A stretch of DNA of 64,000 bases from contig OZ059896.1 in assembly GCA_964057225.1 (NCBI GenBank), positions 21,824,001-21,888,000 of the forward strand, written 5' to 3'. Source of the DNA: Auanema rhodensis. Lineage: Eukaryota > Animalia > Nematoda. This document shows, piece after piece, positions 52,601 to 64,000 of the stretch; within the stretch, counting starts at the first letter, position 1, and each line of letters begins with the position of its first letter. The position numbers and the translations under genes are program-made. The notes below the pieces were generated by a model. The model was not told the DNA's origin. It ran no database searches and was given only the letters and a program-made list of their open reading frames with translations.

Positions 52601-55409
52601 TGCGCTAGCTTGAAAATGCACCAAGATATCAACTGATATAAGTGCACACTTATATCCTCGATTTTCACCCTGAAGAATTAATTTTCCGTTGAATAACATT
52701 GTCCATCGTCTTTGCCTTGAAAAAAGGAATCTAAAAACATCTACTTTTTGCTAAATTATTCTGGAATTTTTCGAAAAAATTTTTGTCAAAATGTTTTTGG
52801 AAGCAATGTTGAGTGTACATGAAAACTCAACATACACTAATGCATCATTTTTCAAACGATCATAACTAATTTTTGTATTAAGCGTTTCTCAATGTAGTAT
52901 AGTGCATTCGATGCGGATTTTTAAGCTGCGTCGATCTGTGTTATCAGATTTGCGCTAGCTTGAAAATGCACCAAGATATCAACTGATATAAGTGCACACT
53001 TATATCCTCGATTTTCACCCTGAAGAATTAATTTTCCGTTGAATAACATTGTCCATCGTCTTTGCCTTGAAAAAAGGAATCTAAAAACATCTACTTTTTG
53101 CTAAATTATTCTGGAATTTTTCGAAAAAATTTTTGTCAAAATGTTTTTGGAAGCAATGTTGAGTGTACATGGAAACTCAACATACACTAATGCATCATTT
53201 TTCAAACGATCATAACTAATTTTTGTATCAAGCGTTTCTCAATGTAGTATAGTGCATTCGATGCGGATTTTTAAGCTGCGTCGATCTGTGTTATCAGATT
53301 TGCGCTAGCTTAAAAACGCACCGAGATATCAACTGATATAAGTTCACACTTATATCCTCGATTTTCACATTGAAGAACTAATTTTTTCGTTGAATAACAT
53401 TGTCCATCGTCTCTGCCTTGAAAAAAGAAATCTAAAAACATCTACTTTTCGCTAAATTATTTTGAAATTTTTCGAAAAAATTTTTGTCAAAATGTTTTTG
53501 GAAGCAATGTTGAGTGTACATGGAAACTCAACATACACTAATGCATCATTTTTCAAACGATCATAACTAATTTTTGTATTGAGCGTTTCTCAATGTAGTA
53601 TAGTGCATTCGATGCGGATTTTTGAGCTGCGTCGATCTGTGTTATCAGATTTGCGCTAGCTTAAAAATGCACCGAGATATCAACTGATATAAGTTCACAC
53701 TTATATCCTCGATTTTCACCCTGAAGAATTAATTTTTTCGTTGAATAACATTGTCCATCGTCTTTGCCTTGAAAAAAGAAATCTAAAAACATCTACTTTT
53801 CGCTAAATTATTTTGAAATTTTTCGAAAAAATTTTTGTCAAAATGTTTTTGGAAGCAATGTTGAGTGTACATGGAAACTCAACATACACTAATGCATCAT
53901 TTTTCAAACGATCATAACTAATTTTTGTATTAAGCGTTTCTCAATGTAGTATAGTGCATTCGATGCGGATTTTTGAGCTGCGTCGATCTGTGTTATCAGA
54001 TTTGCGCTAGCTTAAAAATGCACCGAGATATCAACTGATATAAGTTCACACTTATATCCTCGATTTTCACCCTGAAGAATTAATTTTTTCGTTGAATAAC
54101 ATTGTCCATCGTCTTTGCCTTGAAAAAAGAAATCTAAAAACATCTACTTTTCGCTAAATTATTTTGAAATTTTTCGAAAAAATTTTTGTCAAAATGTTTT
54201 TGGAAGCAATGTTGAGTGTACATGGAAACTCAACATACACTAATGCATCATTTTTCAAACGATCATAACTAATTTTTGTATTAAACGTTTCTCAATGTAG
54301 TATAGTGCATTCGATGCGGATTTTTAAGCTGCGTCGATCTGTGTTATCAGATTTGCGCTAGCTTAAAAACGCACCGAGATATCAACTGATATAAGTTCAC
54401 ACTTATATCCTCGATTTTCACATTGAAGAACTAATTTTTTCGTTGAATAACATTGTCCATCGTCTCTGCCTTGAAAAAAGAAATCTAAAAACATCTACTT
54501 TTTGCTAAATTATTCTGGAATTTTTCGAAAAAATTTTTGTCAAAATGTTTTTGGAAGCAATGTTGAGTGTACATGAAAACTCAACATACACTAATGCATC
54601 ATTTTTCAAACGATCATAACTAATTTTTGTATTAAACGTTTCTCAATGTAGTACAGTGCATTCGATGCGGATTTCTAAGCTGCGTCGATCTGTGTTATCA
54701 GATTTGCGCTAGCTTAAAAATGCACCGAGATATCAACTGATATAAGTTCACACTTATATCCTCGATTTTCACCCTGAAGAATTAATTTTTTCGTTGAATA
54801 ACATTGTCCATCGTCTTTGCCTTGAAAAAAGAAATCTAAAAACATCTACTTTTCGCTAAATTATTTTGAAATTTTTCGAAAAAATTTTTGTCAAAATGTT
54901 TTTGGAAGCAATGTTGAGTGTACATGGAAACTCAACATACACTAATGCATCATTTTTCAAACGATCATAACTAATTTTTGTATTAAGCGTTTCTCAATGT
55001 AGTATAGTGCATTCGATGCGGATTTTTGAGCTGCGTCGATCTGTGTTATCAGATTTGCGCTAGCTTAAAAATGCACCGAGATATCAACTGATATAAGTTC
55101 ACACTTATATCCTCGATTTTCACCCTGAAGAATTAATTTTTTCGTTGAATAACATTGTCCATCGTCTTTGCCTTGAAAAAAGAAATCTAAAAACATCTAC
55201 TTTTCGCTAAATTATTTTGAAATTTTTCGAAAAAATTTTTGTCAAAATGTTTTTGGAAGCAATGTTGAGTGTACATGGAAACTCAACATACACTAATGCA
55301 TCATTTTTCAAACGATCATAACTAATTTTTGTATTAAACGTTTCTCAATGTAGTATAGTGCATTCGATGCGGATTTTTAAGCTGCGTCGATCTGTGTTAT
55401 CAGATTTGC

Positions 55410-58400
55410 GCTAGCTTAAAAACGCACCGAGATATCAACTGATATAAGTTCACACTTATATCCTCGATTTTCACATTGAAGAACTAATTTTTTCGTTGAA
55501 TAACATTGTCCATCGTCTCTGCCTTGAAAAAAGAAATCTAAAAACATCTACTTTTTGCTAAATTATTCTGGAATTTTTCGAAAAAATTTTTGTCAAAATG
55601 TTTTTGGAAGCAATGTTGAGTGTACATGAAAACTCAACATACACTAATGCATCATTTTTCAAACGATCATAACTAATTTTTGTATTAAACGTTTCTCAAT
55701 GTAGTATAGTGCATTCGATGCGGATTTCTAAGCTGCGTCGATCTGTGTTATCAGATTTGCGCTAGCTTAAAAATGCACCGAGATATCAACTGATATAAGT
55801 TCACACTTATATCCTCGATTTTCACCCTGAAGAATTAATTTTTTCGTTGAATAACATTGTCCATCGTCTTTGCCTTGAAAAAAGAAATCTAAAAACATCT
55901 ACTTTTCGCTAAATTATTTTGAAATTTTTCGAAAAAATTTTTGTCAAAATGTTTTTGGAAGCAATGTTGAGTGTACATGGAAACTCAACATACACTAATG
56001 CATCATTTTTCAAACGATCATAACTAATTTTTGTATTAAGCGTTTCTCAATGTAGTATAGTGCATTCGATGCGGATTTTTGAGCTGCGTCGATCTGTGTT
56101 ATCAGATTCGCGCTAGCTTAAAAATGCACCGAGATATCAACTGATATAAGTTCACACTTATATCCTCGATTTTCACCCTGAAGAATTAATTTTTTCGTTG
56201 AATAACATTGTCCATCGTCTTTGCCTTGAAAAAAGAAATCTAAAAACATCTACTTTTCGCTAAATTATTTTGAAATTTTTCGAAAAAATTTTTGTCAAAA
56301 TGTTTTTGGAAGCAATGTTGAGTGTACATGGAAACTCAACATACACTAATGCATCATTTTTCAAACGATCATAACTAATTTTTGTATTAAACGTTTCTCA
56401 ATGTAGTATAGTGCATTCGATGCGGATTTTTAAGCTGCGTCGATCTGTGTTATCAGATTTGCGCTAGCTTAAAAACGCACCGAGATATCAACTTATATAA
56501 GTTCACACTTATATCCTCGATTTTCACATTGAAGAACTAACTTTTTCGTTGAATAACATTGTCCATCGTCTCTGCCTTGAAAAAAGAAATCTAAAAACAT
56601 CTACTTTTTGCTAAATTATTCTGGAATTTTTCGAAAAAATTTTTGTCAAAATGTTTTTGGAAGCAATGTTGAGTGTACATGAAAACTCAACATACACTAA
56701 TGCATCATTTTTCAAACGATCATAACTAATTTTTGTATTAAGCGTTTCTCAATGTAGTATAGTGCATTCGATGCGGATTTTTAAGCTGCGTCGATCTGTG
56801 TTATCAGATTTGCGCTAGCTTGAAAATGCACCAAGATATCAACTGATATAAGTGCACACTTATATCCTCGATTTTCACCCTGAAGAATTAATTTTCCGTT
56901 GAATAACATTGTCCATCGTCTTTGCCTTGAAAAAAGGAATCTAAAAACATCTACTTTTTGCTAAATTATTCTGGAATTTTTCGAAAAAATTTTTGTCAAA
57001 ATGTTTTTGGAAGCAATGTTGAGTGTACATGGAAACTCAACATACACTAATGCATCATTTTTCAAACGATCATAACTAATTTTTGTATCAAGCGTTTCTC
57101 AATGTAGTATAGTGCATTCGATGCGGATTTTTAAGCTGCGTCGATCTGTGTTATCAGATTTGCGCTAGCTTAAAAACGCACCGAGATATCAACTGATATA
57201 AGTTCACACTTATATCCTCGATTTTCACATTGAAGAACTAATTTTTTCGTTGAATAACATTGTCCATCGTCTCTGCCTTGAAAAAAGAAATCTAAAAACA
57301 TCTACTTTTCGCTAAATTATTTTGAAATTTTTCGAAAAAATTTTTGTCAAAATGTTTTTGGAAGCAATGTTGAGTGTACATGAAAACTCAACATACACTA
57401 ATGCATCATTTTTCAAACGATCATAACTAATTTTTGTATTAAGCGTTTCTCAATGTAGTATAGTGCATTCGATGCGGATTTTTGAGCTGCGTCGATCTGT
57501 GTTATCAGATTTGCGCTAGCTTAAAAATGCACCGAGATATCAACTGATATAAGTTCACACTTATATCCTCGATTTTCACCCTGAAGAATTAATTTTTTCG
57601 TTGAATAACATTGTCCATCGTCTTTGCCTTGAAAAAAGAAATCTAAAAACATCTACTTTTCGCTAAATTATTTTGAAATTTTTCGAAAAAATTTTTGTCA
57701 AAATGTTTTTGGAAGCAATGTTGAGTGTACATGGAAACTCAACATACACTAATGCATCATTTTTCAAACGATCATAACTAATTTTTGTATTAAACGTTTC
57801 TCAATGTAGTATAGTGCATTCGATGCGGATTTTTAAGCTGCGTCGATCTGTGTTATCAGATTTGCGCTAGCTTAAAAACGCACCGAGATATCAACTGATA
57901 TAAGTTCACACTTATATCCTCGATTTTCACATTGAAGAACTAATTTTTTCGTTGAATAACATTGTCCATCGTCTCTGCCTTGAAAAAAGAAATCTAAAAA
58001 CATCTACTTTTTGCTAAATTATTCTGGAATTTTTCGAAAAAATTTTTGTCAAAATGTTTTTGGAAGCAATGTTGAGTGTACATGAAAACTCAACATACAC
58101 TAATGCATCATTTTTCAAACGATCATAACTAATTTTTGTATTAAACGTTTCTCAATGTAGTATAGTGCATTCGATGCGGATTTCTAAGCTGCGTCGATCT
58201 GTGTTATCAGATTTGCGCTAGCTTAAAAATGCACCGAGATATCAACTGATATAAGTTCACACTTATATCCTCGATTTTCACCCTGAAGAATTAATTTTTT
58301 CGTTGAATAACATTGTCCATCGTCTTTGCCTTGAAAAAAGAAATCTAAAAACATCTACTTTTCGCTAAATTATTTTGAAATTTTTCGAAAAAATTTTTGT

Positions 58401-60321
58401 CAAAATGTTTTTGGAAGCAATGTTGAGTGTACATGGAAACTCAACATACACTAATGCATCATTTTTCAAACGATCATAACTAATTTTTGTATTAAGCGTT
58501 TCTCAATGTAGTATAGTGCATTCGATGCGGATTTTTGAGCTGCGTCGATCTGTGTTATCAGATTCGCGCTAGCTTAAAAATGCACCGAGATATCAACTGA
58601 TATAAGTTCACACTTATATCCTCGATTTTCACCCTGAAGAATTAATTTTTTCGTTGAATAACATTGTCCATCGTCTTTGCCTTGAAAAAAGAAATCTAAA
58701 AACATCTACTTTTCGCTAAATTATTTTGAAATTTTTCGAAAAAATTTTTGTCAAAATGTTTTTGGAAGCAATGTTGAGTGTACATGGAAACTCAACATAC
58801 ACTAATGCATCATTTTTCAAACGATCATAACTAATTTTTGTATTAAACGTTTCTCAATGTAGTATAGTGCATTCGATGCGGATTTTTAAGCTGCGTCGAT
58901 CTGTGTTATCAGATTTGCGCTAGCTTAAAAACGCACCGAGATATCAACTGATATAAGTTCACACTTATATCCTCGATTTTCACATTGAAGAACTAACTTT
59001 TTCGTTGAATAACATTGTCCATCGTCTCTGCCTTGAAAAAAGAAATCTAAAAACATCTACTTTTTGCTAAATTATTCTGGAATTTTTCGAAAAAATTTTT
59101 GTCAAAATGTTTTTGGAAGCAATGTTGAGTGTACATGAAAACTCAACATACACTAATGCATCATTTTTCAAACGATCATAACTAATTTTTGTATTAAGCG
59201 TTTCTCAATGTAGTATAGTGCATTCGATGCGGATTTTTAAGCTGCGTCGATCTGTGTTATCAGATTTGCGCTAGCTTGAAAATGCACCAAGATATCAACT
59301 GATATAAGTGCACACTTATATCCTCGATTTTCACCCTGAAGAATTAATTTTCCGTTGAATAACATTGTCCATCGTCTTTGCCTTGAAAAAAGGAATCTAA
59401 AAACATCTACTTTTTGCTAAATTATTCTGGAATTTTTCGAAAAAATTTTTGTCAAAATGTTTTTGGAAGCAATGTTGAGTGTACATGGAAACTCAACATA
59501 CACTAATGCATCATTTTTCAAACGATCATAACTAATTTTTGTATCAAGCGTTTCTCAATGTAGTATAGTGCATTCGATGCGGATTTTTAAGCTGCGTCGA
59601 TCTGTGTTATCAGATTTGCGCTAGCTTAAAAACGCACCGAGATATCAACTGATATAAGTTCACACTTATATCCTCGATTTTCACATTGAAGAACTAATTT
59701 TTTCGTTGAATAACATTGTCCATCGTCTCTGCCTTGAAAAAAGAAATCTAAAAACATCTACTTTTCGCTAAATTATTTTGAAATTTTTCGAAAAAATTTT
59801 TGTCAAAATGTTTTTGGAAGCAATGTTGAGTGTACATGAAAACTCAACATACACTAATGCATCATTTTTCAAACGATCATAACTAATTTTTGTATTAAGC
59901 GTTTCTCAATGTAGTATAGTGCATTCGATGCGGATTTTTGAGCTGCGTCGATCTGTGTTATCAGATTTGCGCTAGCTTAAAAATGCACCGAGATATCAAC
60001 TGATATAAGTTCACACTTATATCCTCGATTTTCACCCTGAAGAATTAATTTTTTCGTTGAATAACATTGTCCATCGTCTTTGCCTTGAAAAAAGAAATCT
60101 AAAAACATCTACTTTTCGCTAAATTATTTTGAAATTTTTCGAAAAAATTTTTGTCAAAATGTTTTTGGAAGCAATGTTGAGTGTACATGGAAACTCAACA
60201 TACACTAATGCATCATTTTTCAAACGATCATAACTAATTTTTGTATTAAGCGTTTCTCAATGTAGTATAGTGCATTCGATGCGGATTTTTGAGCTGCGTC
60301 GATCTGTGTTATCAGATTTGC
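55410..60321. repeat. 7-monomer higher-order repeat (2456 bp), two adjacent copies, with a related copy starting at 49798
   Basis: GATTCGCG lies at 56109/58565 and CTAACTTT at 56541/58997 (+2456). The same two markers occur at 50497 and 50929, 5612 bp (16 monomers) upstream. Confidence 0.88.
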
Positions 60322-63300
60322 GCTAGCTTAAAAATGCACCGAGATATCAACTGATATAAGTTCACACTTATATCCTCGATTTTCACCCTGAAGAATTAAT
60401 TTTTTCGTTGAATAACATTGTCCATCGTCTTTGCCTTGAAAAAAGAAATCTAAAAACATCTACTTTTCGCTAAATTATTTTGAAATTTTTCGAAAAAATT
60501 TTTGTCAAAATGTTTTTGGAAGCAATGTTGAGTGTACATGGAAACTCAACATACACTAATGCATCAATTTTCAAACGATCATAACTAATTTTTGTATTAA
60601 ACGTTTCTCAATGTAGTATAGTGCATTCGATGCGGATTTTTAAGCTGCGTCGATCTGTGTTATCAGATTTGCGCTAGCTTAAAAACGCACCGAGATATCA
60701 ACTGATATAAGTTCACACTTATATCCTCGATTTTCACATTGAAGAACTAATTTTTTCGTTGAATAACATTGTCCATCGTCTCTGCCTTGAAAAAAGAAAT
60801 CTAAAAACATCTACTTTTTGCTAAATTATTCTGGAATTTTTCGAAAAAATTTTTGTCAAAATGTTTTTGGAAGCAATGTTGAGTGTACATGAAAACTCAA
60901 CATACACTAATGCATTATTTTTCAAACGATCATAACTAATTTTTGTATTAAGCGTTTCTCAATGTAGTATAGTGCATTCGATGCGGATTTTTAAGCTGCG
61001 TCGATCTGTGTTATCAGATTTCCGCTAGCTTGAAAATGCACCAAGATATCAACTGATATAAGTGCACACTTATATCCTCGATTTTCACCCTGAAGAATTA
61101 ATTTTCCGTTGAATAACATTGTCCATCGTCTTTGCCTTGAAAAAAGGAATCTAAAAACATCTACTTTTTGCTAAATTATTCTGGAATTTTTCGAAAAAAT
61201 TTTTGTCAAAATGTTTTTGGAAGCAATGTTGAGTGTACATGGAAACTCAACATACACTAATGCATCATTTTTCAAACGATCATAACTAATTTTTGTATCA
61301 AGCGTTTCTCAATGTAGTATAGTGCATTCGATGCGGATTTCTAAGCTGCGTCGATCTGTGTTATCAGATTTGCGCTAGCTTAAAAACGCACCGAGATATC
61401 AACTGATATAAGTTCACACTTATATCCTCGATTTTCACATTGAAGAACTAATTTTTTCGTTGAATAACATTGTCCATCGTCTCTGCCTTGAAAAAAGAAA
61501 TCTAAAAACATCTACTTTTCGCTAAATTATTTTGAAATTTTTCGAAAAAATTTTTGTCAAAATGTTTTTGGAAGCAATGTTGAGTGTACATGGAAACTCA
61601 ACATACACTAATGCATCATTTTTCAAACGATCATAACTAATTTTTGTATTAAACGTTTCTCAATGTAGTATAGTGCATTCGATGCGGATTTTTAAGCTGC
61701 GTCGATCTGTGTTATCAGATTTGCGCTAGCTTAAAAACGCACCGAGATATCAACTGATATAAGTTCACACTTATATCCTCGATTTTCACATTGAAGAACT
61801 AATTTTTTCGTTGAATAACATTGTCCATCGTCTCTGCCTTGAAAAAAGAAATCTAAAAACATCTACTTTTTGCTAAATTATTCTGGAATTTTTCGAAAAA
61901 ATTTTTGTCAAAATGTTTTTGGAAGCAATGTTGAGTGTACATGAAAACTCAACATACACTAATGCATCATTTTTCAAACGATCATAACTAATTTTTGTAT
62001 TAAGCGTTTCTCAATGTAGTATAGTGCATTCGATGCGGATTTTTAAGCTGCGTCGATCTGTGTTATCAGATTTCCGCTAGCTTGAAAATGCACCAAGATA
62101 TCAACTGATATAAGTGCACACTTATATCCTCGATTTTCACCCTGAAGAATTAATTTTCCGTTGAATAACATTGTCCATCGTCTTTGCCTTGAAAAAAGGA
62201 ATCTAAAAACATCTACTTTTTGCTAAATTATTCTGGAATTTTTCGAAAAAATTTTTGTCAAAATGTTTTTGGAAGCAATGTTGAGTGTACATGGAAACTC
62301 AACATACACTAATGCATCATTTTTCAAACGATCATAACTAATTTTTGTATCAAGCGTTTCTCAATGTAGTATAGTGCATTCGATGCGGATTTCTAAGCTG
62401 CGTCGATCTTTGTTATCAGATTTGCGCTAGCTTAAAAATGCACCGAGATATCAACTGATATAAGTTCACACTTATATCCTCGATTTTCACCCTGAAGAAT
62501 TAATTTTTTCGTTGAATAACATTGTCCATCGTCTTTGCCTTGAAAAAAGAAATCTAAAAACATCTACTTTTCGCTAAATTATTTTGAAATTTTTCGAAAA
62601 AATTTTTGTCAAAATGTTTTTGGAAGCAATGTTGAGTGTACATGGAAACTCAACATACACTAATGCATCATTTTTCAAACGATCATAACTAATTTTTGTA
62701 TTAAGCGTTTCTCAATGTAGTATAGTGCATTCGATGCGGATTTTTGAGCTGCGTCGATCTGTGTTATCAGATTCGCGCTAGCTTAAAAATGCACCGAGAT
62801 ATCAACTGATATAAGTTCACACTTATATCCTCGATTTTCACCCTGAAGAATTAATTTTTTCGTTGAATAACATTGTCCATCGTCTTTGCCTTGAAAAAAG
62901 AAATCTAAAAACATCTACTTTTCGCTAAATTATTTTGAAATTTTTCGAAAAAATTTTTGTCAAAATGTTTTTGGAAGCAATGTTGAGTGTACATGGAAAC
63001 TCAACATACACTAATGCATCATTTTTCAAACGATCATAACTAATTTTTGTATTAAGCGTTTCTCAATGTAGTATAGTGCATTCGATGCGGATTTTTGAGC
63101 TGCGTCGATCTGTGTTATCAGATTTGCGCTAGCTTAAAAATGCACCGAGATATCAACTGATATAAGTTCACACTTATATCCTCGATTTTCACCCTGAAGA
63201 ATTAATTTTTTCGTTGAATAACATTGTCCATCGTCTTTGCCTTGAAAAAAGAAATCTAAAAACATCTACTTTTCGCTAAATTATTTTGAAATTTTTCGAA

Positions 63301-64000
63301 AAAATTTTTGTCAAAATGTTTTTGGAAGCAATGTTGAGTGTACATGGAAACTCAACATACACTAATGCATCATTTTTCAAACGATCATAACTAATTTTTG
63401 TATTAAACGTTTCTCAATGTAGTATAGTGCATTCGATGCGGATTTTTAAGCCGCGTCGATCTGTGTTATCAGATTTGCGCTAGCTTAAAAACGCACCGAG
63501 ATATCAACTGATATAAGTTCACACTTATATCCTCGATTTTCACATTGAAGAACTAATTTTTTCGTTGAATAACATTGTCCATCGTCTCTGCCTTGAAAAA
63601 AGAAATCTAAAAACATCTACTTTTTGCTAAATTATTCTGGAATTTTTCGAAAAAATTTTTGTCAAAATGTTTTTGGAAGCAATGTTGAGTGTACATGAAA
63701 ACTCAACATACACTAATGCATCATTTTTCAAACGATCATAACTAATTTTTGTATTAAGCGTTTCTCAATGTAGTATAGTGCATTCGATGCGGATTTTTAA
63801 GCTGCGTCGATCTGTGTTATCAGATTTCCGCTAGCTTGAAAATGCACCAAGATATCAACTGATATAAGTGCACACTTATATCCTCGATTTTCACCCTGAA
63901 GAATTAATTTTCCGTTGAATAACATTGTCCATCGTCTTTGCCTTGAAAAAAGGAATCTAAAAACATCTACTTTTTGCTAAATTATTCTGGAATTTTTCGA

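Larger units (their letters stand above)
1..64000. repeat. Tandem satellite DNA array, 351-bp monomer, ~182.5 head-to-tail copies, running off both window ends
   Basis: GCTAGCTTAAAAATGCAC recurs at 1, 352, 703, 1054 ... 18601, 34741, 45961 ... 63830, all in one orientation with no non-repeat interruption. Length bookkeeping closes exactly: 182x351 - 31 (single-base deletions) - 24 + 2 = 63829. Confidence 0.99.

Noticed and set aside
1-64000. CRISPR array or repeat-spacer/cassette system
   Set aside because: There are no unique spacers: the sequence between the palindromes is as conserved as the palindromes. No cas, integrase or recombinase genes are present.
1-64000. Monomer variant order as a functional code
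   Set aside because: The order is adequately explained by nested tandem duplication and recombination, and nothing indicates a readout mechanism.

Overview
The whole 64-kb window is one uninterrupted head-to-tail tandem array of an AT-rich satellite (about 31% GC, hand-counted in monomer 1) with a 351-bp monomer. Phasing on the NheI site GCTAGC gives 182 complete monomers plus a 171-bp partial: 150 of 351 bp, 30 of 350 bp, one of 326 bp and one of 353 bp. Monomers differ at only a few recurrent sites. I see no genes, RNA genes, transposon insertions, inversions or CRISPR arrays, and the four ORF-track calls are chance read-throughs in variant monomers. The structure of interest is non-coding. 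(1) Shared SNPs define monomer classes arranged in local higher-order repeats whose period changes along the array: 4-mer, 17-mer, 8-mer, 10-mer, 2-mer, 7-mer and 3-mer. (2) Each monomer carries four dyad symmetries, with several common variants lying in the loops. (3) The monomer looks like an ancient ~189+162-bp dimer. (4) One microhomology-bounded deletion removes the central dyad. This fits eukaryotic, probably invertebrate, (peri)centromeric or heterochromatic satellite DNA. I cannot name the family or species, and I cannot support a novel protein-coding system here.
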